NCBI GenBank assembly: GCA_035546775.1 | Contig: DASZWD010000072.1 | Location: 121,021 to 185,020, forward strand | DNA from: Acidimicrobiales bacterium | GTDB lineage: Bacteria > Actinomycetota > Acidimicrobiia > Acidimicrobiales > JACCXE01 | Length of the DNA: 64,000 nucleotides | Reading direction: 5' to 3' | Shown: positions 9,555 through 20,605 of the stretch, one piece after another | How positions within the stretch are numbered: position 1 is the stretch's first letter | Layout: every line of letters starts with the position of its first letter | Notes under the pieces: model-generated | Told to the model about the DNA's origin: nothing | Seen by the model: the letters and a program-made list of their open reading frames with translations, nothing else | Databases searched by the model: none | Position numbers and translations under genes: made by a program

Positions 9555-10631
9555 TTGCCCGTGGGTTCAGTCGCGATCATCACCGGCGCGGGCGGCCTGA
9601 TCGGCTCCGCCGCCGCCACGCGTTTCGCCTCGCTCGGCCTCGACGTCGTCGGCGTCGACAACGACATGCGCGCCGTGTTCTTCGGTGCTGAGGCGTCGAC
9701 GGCGGCCAACCTGCGTCGCCTGGGCGACACCCTCGGTGCGGCCTTCACGCACCGCAACATCGACGTGCGGGACGAGGCCGGCATCGACGCGTTGTTCGCG
9801 TCGATCGGTCGCGAGATCGCCGTCGTCGTGCACACCGCCGCGCAACCGTCGCACGACTGGGCGGCGCGCGAACCGTTGACCGACTTCGGCGTCAACGCCG
9901 TCGGCACGCTCAACATGCTGGAGGCGACGCGCCAGCACTGCCCGGAGGCGCCGTTCATTTTCACGTCGACCAACAAGGTCTACGGGGACACCCCGAACCG
10001 CCTGCCGCTCGAGGAACACGCAACGCGCTGGGAGATCGCCGCCGACCACCCGTACGCGGGCGGTATCCGGGAGGACATGTCGATCGACCACGCGCTGCAC
10101 AGTATTTTCGGCGTGTCCAAGACCGCCGCTGACCTCATGGTGCAGGAGTACGGCCGCTACTTCGACATGCCGACCGTGTGTTTTCGCGGCGGCACGCTCA
10201 CCGGGCCGGCGCACGCGGCAACGGAGCTCCACGGCTTTCTCGGCTACGTGATGCGCTGCACGATGACGGGCACGCCGTACACCGTCTTCGGCTACGGCGG
10301 TAAGCAAGTGCGCGACGCGATCCACTCCGACGACGTCGCCAGCGCGTTCGAGGCGTTCTTCCGCGCCCCGCGAGTCGCCGAGGTCTACAACCTCGGCGGT
10401 GGGCGGCACGCCAACTGCTCCGTGCTCGAGGCGATCTCCATCAGTCAGGAGATCGCCGGGCGCGAACTCACGTGGACCTACGACGACACCAACCGCATCG
10501 GCGACCACCTCTGGTGGATCGGCTCGAACGACCGGCTGGCGTCGCACTACCCCGAGTGGGGCCTGACCCGCGACATCCCGATGATCCTGCGCGAGATCTA
10601 CGACGCCAACGTGGAGCGGTGGACCACGTAG
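9555..10631 (+). CDS. NAD-dependent epimerase/dehydratase (extended SDR, RfbE/CDP-paratose 2-epimerase-like)
   Basis: Rossmann GAGGLIGS and STNKVYGD. The segment [12 protein letters not shown] aligns with HSPYGCSKGAAD of RfbE as I recall it. Confidence 0.8.
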   Translation: MPVGSVAIITGAGGLIGSAAATRFASLGLDVVGVDNDMRAVFFGAEASTAANLRRLGDTLGAAFTHRNIDVRDEAGIDALFASIGREIAVVVHTAAQPSHDWAAREPLTDFGVNAVGTLNMLEATRQHCPEAPFIFTSTNKVYGDTPNRLPLEEHATRWEIAADHPYAGGIREDMSIDHALHSIFGVSKTAADLMVQEYGRYFDMPTVCFRGGTLTGPAHAATELHGFLGYVMRCTMTGTPYTVFGYGGKQVRDAIHSDDVASAFEAFFRAPRVAEVYNLGGGRHANCSVLEAISISQEIAGRELTWTYDDTNRIGDHLWWIGSNDRLASHYPEWGLTRDIPMILREIYDANVERWTT

Positions 10632-11269
10632 AGATCCGCCCGGCGTGGCGCGGCCTGCTCCACAGAGGCGCGGTGCCACTGTTCGCCATCGCCTTCGTCG
10701 CGTTGGCCGTCACCACCCCGTCGGCCCACGGCAATCGTCTCGCCGTTGTCGTCTACGGCCTCGGCGTGTTGGCCATGTTCAGCATCAGCGCCGCGTATCA
10801 CGCGTCGACGAAGCGACCGCGCCGGTTGTCGCGCGTGCTGCAGCGCCTCGACCACGGCGCGATCCTGCTGGCGATAGCCGGCACGTACACCGCCGTCACC
10901 GCACTCGCGCTCACGCCGCCGCGGCGCACGCAACTGCTGACGGCCATGTGGATCCTGGCCGCGATCGGGATCGTGCTGCAGGTACTGATCGTGCGGGCCC
11001 CGCGCTGGCTCGGCGCGCTTGGCTATCTCGTCGTCGGATGGTTCGCCGCCTTCGACGTCCCCGGCTACCTGCGCGGCACGACAACGGCGGAATTCGCGTG
11101 GATCGTGATCGGTGGGCTGCTCTACACGACCGGCGCGGTGGTGTACGCCCGCAAACGACCCGACCCGTCGCCGGCGACGTTCGGGTACCACGAGGTCTTT
11201 CACGCGCTGACGGTCGTGGCGGCGGCCGCCCACTTCGTCGCGGTCGCCCTCCTAGTGTCGCGGGCGTGA
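10619..11269 (+). CDS. hemolysin III / PAQR family channel protein
   Basis: Seven hydrophobic segments with [22 protein letters not shown] and [12 protein letters not shown] motifs. GTG 10619 gives the family-typical N-terminus ([10 protein letters not shown]); the track start 10472 is too early. Confidence 0.82.
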   Translation: MDHVEIRPAWRGLLHRGAVPLFAIAFVALAVTTPSAHGNRLAVVVYGLGVLAMFSISAAYHASTKRPRRLSRVLQRLDHGAILLAIAGTYTAVTALALTPPRRTQLLTAMWILAAIGIVLQVLIVRAPRWLGALGYLVVGWFAAFDVPGYLRGTTTAEFAWIVIGGLLYTTGAVVYARKRPDPSPATFGYHEVFHALTVVAAAAHFVAVALLVSRA

Positions 11270-13875
11270 ACGTCCTCGACGCCTTCGGGCCGCGGTCCTG
11301 GACGCGGCCTGAAGCGATTGCGTTCGGCCGCGAACCGATGGCGACCTACCTGTCGCGCGGCGACGAGGTGTCGCTCGACGGCGAGTGGGCGTTCACGCTG
11401 CTGCCCAAGCCCGAGTCGGTACTCGCCGACCACGTGGAGGGCGACACCGCGCGCTGGTCCACGATCGAGGTGCCCGGCTGTTGGACGATGCAGGGCTTCG
11501 ACCGTCCGCAGTACACCAACGTGCAGATGCCGTTTCCGGGTCCACCGCCGTCGGTGCCGCGCCACAACCCGACGGGCGTGTACCGGCACAGGGTCACGAT
11601 CCCCGAGGCCTGGGACGCGCAGCGCATCGTGTTGCACGTGGGCGCGGCCGAAACGGTGCTGTACGTGTTCGTCGACGGCGCTCCCGTCGGTTTCGGCAAG
11701 GACTCGCGGCTGCCACAGGAGTTCGACCTCACGCGCTTCGTCACCGCCGGAGACACCGCCGACATCGCGTTGGTGGTCGTGAGGTGGTCAGAGGCCACCT
11801 ACTTGGAAGACCAGGACCACTGGCACCACGCCGGCCTGCACCGCTCGGTCTTCCTCTACGCCACGCCCGCGGTCCACGTTGCCGACGTGCACACCGTGGC
11901 CGACATGGACGGAACCCTCACCGCGCGCGTGCGCGTCGGGGGCACCCCGGGCACGACACGCGGCTGGCGGCTGCGGGTGACGTGCGACGGACGCTGGGCC
12001 GACGCGAGCTGTCGCTTCGAGCACGACAGCTGGATCGTCAATTCCTACGCGTTCGAAGGCCGCGGTGCGACGCTTCAGGTGACGGTCCCCGAAGTCGAGT
12101 TGTGGAACGCCGAGAGACCGCGGCTGTATTCGGTGGCGGTCGAACTCGTCGACGCCCAGGATGCGGTCGTCGACAGCGTGACACTCGACGTCGGGTTCAG
12201 GCGCGTCGAGATTGTCGGGGCCGAACTGCGTGTCAACGGCCGACCGATCCTGGTGCGGGGGGTGAACCGTCATGACACCGACGCCCACCGCGGCAAGGCG
12301 GTCACCCGCGCATCGATCGAGCGCGATGTGCTGCTGATGAAGCAGCACAACTTCAACGCCATCCGCACCGCGCACTATCCCAACGACCCGTATCTGTACG
12401 ACGTCTGCGACCGTCTCGGGATGTACGTGCTCGACGAGGCCAACATCGAGTCGCACGCCTACTTGCGGTCGCTGACCAAGGACCCGCGCTGGGCAGCGGC
12501 GATGCTCGAACGCGTGGCGCGTATGGCCCAGCGCGACAAGAACCACGCGAGCGTGATCATGTGGTCGCTGGGCAACGAGTCGGGCGTGTCGCCCGCGCAC
12601 CGCGCGGCCGCGGCCTGGCTGCGGGCCTACGACCCGACGCGGCCCGTCCACTACGAGAGCGGGATCAGCGAGGACATGATGGCCGAAGGCGGCCAGTCGT
12701 ACTCCGTCGCGATCCTCTCCAAGGAACGTCCCGAGACCGACGTGATCGCGCCGATGTACCCGCCGGTCGAGGCGCTGGTGCGCTGGGCCGAGTCGGGCCC
12801 GCCCACCAAGCCGCTGATCATGTGCGAGTACATCCACGCGATGGGCAACTCGTGCGGCGACGCCGACGAGTACTGGGAGGCGATCCGCGCCCATCACGGC
12901 CTGCAAGGAGGCTTCGTGTGGGACTGGGCCGACCAAGCCCTCGTGCAGGGTGACCGGCTGGCCTACGGCGGCGACTTCGGCGACTACCCGAACGACGGGG
13001 CGTTCTGTATGAACGGGCTGGTCGACACGTTCCGCGTGCCCCACCCGTCGCTGCTCGAACTGGCCCACGTGATGAACCCGGTGCAGATCACCGTCGAGGG
13101 CGACGGGTTTCGCGTCACCAACGACGACACCGGCGAGTCATCGTGGGTCGCCGCCGAGCCCGGCGACATCGCGACGCTGGAGGTCGACCGTGCGTTCGCG
13201 CAACTTGTGCGGCGCCTGCCCGACGACGCGCCGGGTGATGCGCCGGCGACGCGCCGCGAGGGGGAGCCGTCGTTGTCCCTGTGGCGGGCGCCGATCGACA
13301 ACGAGACATTCGGCCCGGGCCACGCGGCGCGGTGGAAGACGCTCGACTTCGCCTCGGTCGCACTCGTCACCCAGCGCGACGGCGACGTCGTCACCCACAC
13401 CGTCGAGCAACCCTTCGACGACATCGCCCGCGTCGGCGTGCGCCTCGACCTCGGCGCGGGCGTCCACGCCGTGGAGTGGTTCGGCAAGGGTCCGCACGAG
13501 AACTACTCCGACCGGTGCGCGTCGGCGCGCTACGGGCGCTGGACGACGCTGGTGGACGACTGGGCCGTCCCCTACGTGCACCCGCAGTCGAGCGGCAACC
13601 GCACGGGCATGCGCTGGATGCGGTTCCTCGACGCGGCCGGCGAGCCGCTGCTCGTCGTCGACCACATGAACGACCTCAACGTCGTCGTGGCGCGCCACAC
13701 CGACGAGGAGATCGACGCCGTCGCCCACCTCGAGGAGCTCCCGCCGTCAGACCGCTGCTACGTGTGGATCAGCGTGCGCGAGCGCGGCGTCGGCTCCGGC
13801 GCCTGCGGCCCCGACGTCTCCCCGCCCCACCGCATCGGCCCCGGCACCTACACCTGGAGCTACCGCCTCCGCTAA
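11266..13875 (+). CDS. glycoside hydrolase family 2 beta-galactosidase
   Basis: WSTIEVPGCWTMQGF, acid/base WSLGNESG, nucleophile region MCEYIHAMGNS, and a C-terminal Bgal_small domain (GPHENYSDR...SGNRTG). GTG 11266 overlaps the upstream stop (GTGA); the track start 10645 is spurious. Confidence 0.9.
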   Translation: MNVLDAFGPRSWTRPEAIAFGREPMATYLSRGDEVSLDGEWAFTLLPKPESVLADHVEGDTARWSTIEVPGCWTMQGFDRPQYTNVQMPFPGPPPSVPRHNPTGVYRHRVTIPEAWDAQRIVLHVGAAETVLYVFVDGAPVGFGKDSRLPQEFDLTRFVTAGDTADIALVVVRWSEATYLEDQDHWHHAGLHRSVFLYATPAVHVADVHTVADMDGTLTARVRVGGTPGTTRGWRLRVTCDGRWADASCRFEHDSWIVNSYAFEGRGATLQVTVPEVELWNAERPRLYSVAVELVDAQDAVVDSVTLDVGFRRVEIVGAELRVNGRPILVRGVNRHDTDAHRGKAVTRASIERDVLLMKQHNFNAIRTAHYPNDPYLYDVCDRLGMYVLDEANIESHAYLRSLTKDPRWAAAMLERVARMAQRDKNHASVIMWSLGNESGVSPAHRAAAAWLRAYDPTRPVHYESGISEDMMAEGGQSYSVAILSKERPETDVIAPMYPPVEALVRWAESGPPTKPLIMCEYIHAMGNSCGDADEYWEAIRAHHGLQGGFVWDWADQALVQGDRLAYGGDFGDYPNDGAFCMNGLVDTFRVPHPSLLELAHVMNPVQITVEGDGFRVTNDDTGESSWVAAEPGDIATLEVDRAFAQLVRRLPDDAPGDAPATRREGEPSLSLWRAPIDNETFGPGHAARWKTLDFASVALVTQRDGDVVTHTVEQPFDDIARVGVRLDLGAGVHAVEWFGKGPHENYSDRCASARYGRWTTLVDDWAVPYVHPQSSGNRTGMRWMRFLDAAGEPLLVVDHMNDLNVVVARHTDEEIDAVAHLEELPPSDRCYVWISVRERGVGSGACGPDVSPPHRIGPGTYTWSYRLR

Positions 13876-13883
13876 TCGCCCCG

Positions 13884-13932
13884 CTTCTGGTGTATCCACG
13901 GAAGGGTCTTTCTTTCCTGGAGACACCAGAAG
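13884..13932. repeat. 49-nt palindromic hairpin element, copy B (between convergent genes)
   Basis: CTTCTGGTGTATCCACGGAAG-GGTCTTT-CTTTCCTGGAGACACCAGAAG. It differs from copy A at 3 of 49 positions, two of which form a compensatory pair (C-G to A-T). It starts 8 nt after the GH2 stop and ends 19 nt before the stop of the minus-strand LLM gene. Confidence 0.7.
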
Positions 13933-13951
13933 CGTGAAGAAGCGCGACTGG

Positions 13952-14899
13952 TTACTTGGGGGCGAGGGCGCGGACGGCGGCCATCGTGTCCATGCCGAAG
14001 GGCATGGTGGCGAGGACGGGGGTGGTGACGCCGTTTTCGACGTAGCGGGCGATCTGCTCGCGGCAGTAGTCGGGGTGGCCGTGGACGATGAGCTGGTCGA
14101 CGACGTGATCCGGGATCGCGGCGGTCGCGGCCTTGCGGTCGCCTTCCTTCCAGTGCTTCCACATCGCCGCGAGGTCGTCGCCGCGACCGAGCCACTCGTG
14201 GAACTTGGCGTACACCTCGACGTTCAAGTACGCGGCGACGGCGAACTTGCCGGCGGCGCGCACGGTGTCGGCGTCTTCGGACGGGCACACGAAGATGCGC
14301 GCCACGATCTCCTTGCCGGGGCCGACTTCCGGGGCCACCTGCTTGACGTCGTCGGGCGACAGCCAGTTGATGATGGCGCCGTCGGCTTCGCGCCCCGCCA
14401 TGCGCAGCATGCCGGGGCGCAGCGCGGCCACGAGGATCGGCGGCGGCTGGGGCACCCGCATGGCGAGACGAAAGCCGCGCACGGTGAAGGTGTCGTATTC
14501 CTTGTCGACCTTCTCCCCCGACAACGCGTCCTTCAAGAAGCGGACCATGTCGCGGGTCTTCTTGTACGGCTCGACGAAGGGCACACCGTTCCACTTCTCG
14601 ACGATCACGTCCGACGACGTGCCGATCCCGAACGCGCAGCGTCCGGGGGCGGCGGCCGCCAGCGACGCGGCGGACTGCGCCATCAACGCCGGCGCGCGCG
14701 TGTAGGCCGGCAGGATCGCCGGGCCGACGCGCAGCCGGGGCTCCCAGGCAGCGGCCAGGATCAGAGGCGTCAGGCCGTCGGCGCCGTTGGACTCACCCGT
14801 CCACACGTCGGTGTAGCCCAAGTCGGCGACTTCCTTGTACAGCGCGGCGTGCTCGCTCAGCGGAGCGTCAAAAGGAACAGTGATCCCGTACGGAGACAT
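13952..14899 (-). CDS. LLM-class (luciferase-like) F420/flavin-dependent oxidoreductase
   Basis: 315 aa. MSPYGITVPFDAPLSEH...LGYTDVWTGESNGADG...FGIGTSS is typical of the luciferase-like monooxygenase family. Confidence 0.85.
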   Translation of the reverse strand: MSPYGITVPFDAPLSEHAALYKEVADLGYTDVWTGESNGADGLTPLILAAAWEPRLRVGPAILPAYTRAPALMAQSAASLAAAAPGRCAFGIGTSSDVIVEKWNGVPFVEPYKKTRDMVRFLKDALSGEKVDKEYDTFTVRGFRLAMRVPQPPPILVAALRPGMLRMAGREADGAIINWLSPDDVKQVAPEVGPGKEIVARIFVCPSEDADTVRAAGKFAVAAYLNVEVYAKFHEWLGRGDDLAAMWKHWKEGDRKAATAAIPDHVVDQLIVHGHPDYCREQIARYVENGVTTPVLATMPFGMDTMAAVRALAPK

Positions 14900-14915
14900 G
14901 CCGAATGTCTACCGC

Positions 14916-15719
14916 TTATCGCCACATCCTGACCTTGACCGACTGCGACGCGGTGGCGAGAAGGGTCCGGTCTTCTGACCAAAGGTGGACGAGGCCGTGG
15001 GCGAAGCCGCTGTGTATTGCCTGGATGCGCACGTCGAGCAGGACCCACTCGGTCGGTACGAGGGTGGCGACCCGTAGCGTGTTGTCGAGGCTGTTCCCGC
15101 CCGCCATCCGGCCCGTCGCCTGTGACACGCCGAAGGGCACGAAGTCGCCGAGCACGGCCAGCGCGGCGGGCGACATCTCGAGCAGCTCGGGCATGCGACA
15201 CCACAGCGCGGCGCGACCGTCGCCGGGTGTGCCGTCCATGTCGCGGGGCGAGCGGCCCATGGCGACGCGCTCTTCGATGCGCGCCGAAATCGTGGCCGAC
15301 GGGTCGTTGCGGAACTCGCGGTCGCGGCAGGCATCAGGCGGCGGCACGTCGGGACAGATCGCCCACTGGCCGGTGATGTCGACGTCGCGCGCACCGAGCG
15401 CCGCCTGGAGCGTGATGACCTCCTGTCCGCCGTCCGACATGACGACACGCCCCTGCGTGATCTGGTTGCCGACGACCGCCAGCGTGACGTCGAGGTCGAG
15501 CACCGCCGGCGGGCGGGCAAAACTCAGGTACTGGGCCGTGGCCCACACGAGGGGCCGACCGCTGGCCTGCTCGAGGGCGACGACGCCCGCCGCCAAGCCG
15601 GCGCCGCCGAAGAGAAACCGCCCACCGGTACAGATGCCGTTTGTCACGGGTAAACGGAATTTCAACGGGTCTTCGGTGGGTAACAAACCAAGGAAGGCAG
15701 CCGCATCCATTGGGCTCAA
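14916..15719 (-). CDS. acyl-CoA thioesterase II-like (double hotdog)
   Basis: 267 aa. FLGLLPTEDP...FGGAGLAAGVVALEQASGRPLVWATAQYLSFARP resembles the TesB family. Confidence 0.8.
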   Translation of the reverse strand: MSPMDAAAFLGLLPTEDPLKFRLPVTNGICTGGRFLFGGAGLAAGVVALEQASGRPLVWATAQYLSFARPPAVLDLDVTLAVVGNQITQGRVVMSDGGQEVITLQAALGARDVDITGQWAICPDVPPPDACRDREFRNDPSATISARIEERVAMGRSPRDMDGTPGDGRAALWCRMPELLEMSPAALAVLGDFVPFGVSQATGRMAGGNSLDNTLRVATLVPTEWVLLDVRIQAIHSGFAHGLVHLWSEDRTLLATASQSVKVRMWR

Positions 15720-15819
15720 TCTAGGGACGGAACAGCCGATCTTAAGAAGTGAAAGCGGAGTTCAAGCTAGAGCTGTACGGCCCTATTTCGGTGTTACACC
15801 CCTTCGGCACACTGGAGTC

Positions 15820-16005
15820 ATGGCAGTGCAAGAACGTGAGCAGCTGCAGCAGCAGCTAGACATCAAGGAAGGACGACGCTCCTACTGGCGCCTTGACCCG
15901 CGCACCATCGCGCGAGGCAAAGAGGGCGTGCGCGCCGCGCGCGAAGCGCTGCGTGAAGCCCAGGCGCGGCGGGCGGCAACGTCTCACCACAAGCACGCGG
16001 CGTAA
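15820..16005 (+). CDS. small hypothetical protein (61 aa, basic, coiled-coil-like)
   Basis: ATG 15820 with GGAG 3 nt upstream, inside junk track ORF 14905..16005. MAVQEREQLQQQLDIKEGRRSYWRLDPRTIARGKEG... No family recognised. Confidence 0.4.
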   Translation: MAVQEREQLQQQLDIKEGRRSYWRLDPRTIARGKEGVRAAREALREAQARRAATSHHKHAA

Positions 16006-16023
16006 CGGCGTAACTTCCCGCCC

Positions 16024-16284
16024 ATGGGAATCATCGGGTGGGCCGTCGTCGGATTTGTCGCCGCGGTGATCGCGGGCTGGCTGACGGGCCGGCGGGGCGG
16101 CGGCTGCATCACCCACATCGTCGTCGGTGTCATCGGCGGCTTGATCGGCGGCGCACTCGATCGCTGGAACGGCGGCCCCGGGATCAACCACTTCGGATTG
16201 CGTTCGATCCTGGTGGCAGCGATCGGGGCCACGATTTTCCTCGCCGTCCTCAACGCCATCGGCAGCGGCCGGCTCCGGCGCTAG
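16024..16284 (+). CDS. GlsB/YeaQ/YmgE family stress-response membrane protein
   Basis: 86 aa. MGIIGWAVVGFVAAVIAGWL...IVVGVIGGLIGG... is the family pattern. TAACTT lies 7 nt upstream of the ATG. Confidence 0.8.
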   Translation: MGIIGWAVVGFVAAVIAGWLTGRRGGGCITHIVVGVIGGLIGGALDRWNGGPGINHFGLRSILVAAIGATIFLAVLNAIGSGRLRR

Positions 16285-16285
16285 C

Positions 16286-18098
<1,813 letters not shown>

Positions 18099-18106
<8 letters not shown>

Positions 18107-19931
18107 CGATTCGCGCCTCGCGGTCGGTGAAGCGCGCCGCTTGCAGCCGGAACATCGTGGCGTAGCGGCCGCCGGCGGCGATCAATTCGTCGTGCGAACC
18201 GTCCTCGACGACTTGCCCGTGTTCGATGACCACGATCCGGTCGGCGCGGCGCACCGTGGAAAACCGGTGGGAGATCACCAGCGTCGTGAGCCCGCGGGTC
18301 AGGTCGAGGAACCGGTCGTACAACTCCGCCTCGGCGCGCACGTCGAGAGCCGCGGTGGGTTCGTCGAGGATGAGGATGCCGGCGCCGTGGTCGACGGCAT
18401 ACAGCGCACGGGCGAGCGCCAGGCGTTGCCACTGCCCGCCTGACAGGTCGGTACCGTCCTTGAACTGCCGCGACAGGACCGTGTCCCATCCGTGGGGCAG
18501 CGCGGCGACGAGGTCGGCGGCGCCCGCGCGCGCCGCGGCGCGCTCGAGCGCGGTGGGGTCGGCCGGCACGTCGGGATTGCCGAAGCTGACGTTGTCCGCC
18601 GCGGTGAGTTGGTACCGCGTGAAGTCCTGGAAGATGGCGGAGAGGCGCCGCTGCCACTCGCGGGGCGCCAGCTCGGTGAGAGGAACGCCGTCCACGAGGA
18701 TCTGTCCCTCGGTCGGGTCGTAGAGCCGGCACAACAGCTTCATAAGCGTCGTCTTGCCGGCGCCGTTGTCGCCCACGATCGCCAGCGACTGTCCGGCCGT
18801 GATCGACAAGTCGAGCCCGTCGAAAACCTTCTCGCGTCCGGGGTAGGCAAACGACACGTTCTCGAAGCGCACTTCGCGCGCCGGCATCCCCGCCGCGGGC
18901 TGCGTTCCCGGTAACACCCGCGCCCGCTCGCGAACGACGGCCTCGAGGTCGGTCACGGCGCTGATGGCCGGCGCACCCCACATGATGTTGAGGTCGTTGT
19001 CGCTCAGGTTGGCGATGGCCCCCATTCCGCTCATGGCCCCGAGGAACACGACGGCGCGGTCGAGCGAGATCTCGCCGCGGATGGCGGCGTGGGCGACGAT
19101 GAGGGTGGCGCCGCATTCGACGAGGAAGAAGAGCGGACCGCAGATCGCCAGGGTCTGCCAGCTGTCGTGCCGCTCGCGCCACAGGTCGCGCATGGCGCCG
19201 ACCCACGACGTATGGAAGCGGTCGACCACCCACTCGCCCAGCCCGAAGATGCGCGTTTCTTTGACGGCGCCCGGGGTCAGGGCGAGGTCGCGGAAGTACT
19301 GCGAGCGCCTCAGCGTCTCGGCCTGGCCGGTGATGCCCTGCACGTCGCGGAAAAACTGGCGTCGAAACGTGCGGATGATCGCCAGCCACACGACCACGAG
19401 CGCCAGCGGAAACCACCAGTGGAACGCCAACAGCACCGCGCCCGATGCGAGGGCCGTGGCGTACTGCGCTGCCATGGCGAAGACACCGGCGACGACCAGG
19501 CGCGGCGTGACCTGGTTGGTGCCGACGCCCTGGGCGAGCATGACGAGGTCGAGCGTGGCCGGGTCTTCGAGGTGACCGATTCCCGCCGGCGCGCCCGCGG
19601 CCTCCATGGCGCGACTGCGCAGATGGCCGGTGAGGCGGCGCCCGAGGGCGTCGGCGCACAGGCTCAGCAGCGGGTTCATCAGCTGGGAAGCCACGAATGT
19701 GATGCCGAGGATCAGCAACCAGCGGTCGACACCGGCGCGGTCGTGGTGCAGGACCGCGCCGACGAGTTGTCCGCCCGAGATCGTGGCGATCGCCGGCGAC
19801 GCCCCGGTGAGGACGACCAAGACGACCGCGCCAATCGTGAAGCCGAGGCTCGCCTGGGGCAGCACCACAGCCATGGTGCGCAGCGCCGGCCAGATCGACT
19901 TTTGCTTGCTGTCGCCCCCCAGCGAGTGCAT
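18099..19931 (-). CDS. ABC transporter permease/ATP-binding protein (exporter half-transporter, partner of 16286..18106)
   Basis: TM domain plus [17 protein letters not shown] and ILILDEPT. ATG 19931 (MHSLGGDSKQ) lies 3 nt after the regulator stop; the track start 20096 overlaps that gene. 8-nt overlap with the downstream ABC gene. Confidence 0.9.
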
Positions 19932-19933
19932 CG

Positions 19934-20545
19934 CTACTTCTTGCGCTTCGGGTGGTCGACGGGGGCGTACAGCGCGAACAGCAGGGTGTAGCGGTCGGCG
20001 TCGACGTCGACGCGGTGGCGGTCGCCGTTGCCGTACTTGTCGAGCAGGTCGCCGAGCTCGCGCTTGAACGCCTCGCGCTCGTCGTTGGTCAGCCACAACT
20101 GCACGCGCCCGACGTTGGTGTCGACCGCCTCGTCGAGCTCGGCGCTCACGACCTGGAACAGGTTGTTGGTGACCTCACGCTTGAGGTCGACCGGCAGCGG
20201 CAGCGCGTCGCTGACGGCGAAGTGCTTGGCCACGAGCGCATAGGTCCGCTCGACGATGCCCGACACGATGCGGGTCTGCGTGACCCTCACCAGGCCGTGC
20301 TCTTCGAGCAGATTCACGTGGTAGTAGAGGCGATTGGGCTTCATGTCCATCGCCCGGGCGAGCGCCTTGACCGTGGTGGGCGCGGCACCCAACTCCTCGA
20401 TCAAACGCAACCGCAGCGGGTCCGACAGCAACCGCAGCGTCGCCAGGTCTTCGATGATCTTGACGTCGGGGGTGGCCTCGTCGGCCTCTGCTTCCGGCAC
20501 CGCATCCAACAGTTGCGTCATGCTCATGGAACCTACACCGTCCAA
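19934..20545 (-). CDS. ArsR-like winged-helix transcriptional regulator with C-terminal extension
   Basis: LRLLSDPLRLRLIEELGAAPTTVKALARAMDMKPNRLYYHVNLLEEHGLV is an ArsR-type HTH. First gene of the three-gene ABC operon. The start is TTG 20545 or ATG 20527. Confidence 0.75.
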   Translation of the reverse strand: MDGVGSMSMTQLLDAVPEAEADEATPDVKIIEDLATLRLLSDPLRLRLIEELGAAPTTVKALARAMDMKPNRLYYHVNLLEEHGLVRVTQTRIVSGIVERTYALVAKHFAVSDALPLPVDLKREVTNNLFQVVSAELDEAVDTNVGRVQLWLTNDEREAFKRELGDLLDKYGNGDRHRVDVDADRYTLLFALYAPVDHPKRKK

Positions 20546-20569
20546 TTTCTTTTGACAAGCATGCTGAAG

Positions 20570-20598
20570 TTGACAGATTAGAAACTGCGTTTTACAAA
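20570..20598 (+). promoter_or_regulatory. putative sigma-70-type promoter driving a leaderless transcript of 20606..21972
   Basis: TTGACA (20570-20575), 17-nt spacer, TACAAA (20593-20598), then 7 nt to ATG 20606. There is no Shine-Dalgarno sequence. A second TTGACA lies at 20552-20557 and the palindrome AGCATGCT at 20558-20565. Confidence 0.45.
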
Positions 20599-20605
20599 TT
20601 CATAC

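Noticed and set aside
10645-11265. Long N-terminal extensions implied by the track starts. Examples are GH2 from 10645, TrmH from 30966, FkbM from 59178, aroG from 60757, NUDIX from 45785, ICL/PEPM from 41430, the hydrolase from 55993 and the sulfotransferase from 53524.
   Set aside because: The extensions overlap upstream genes in another frame and read as junk. Internal starts with 4-nt stop/start overlaps or family-typical N-termini fit better.
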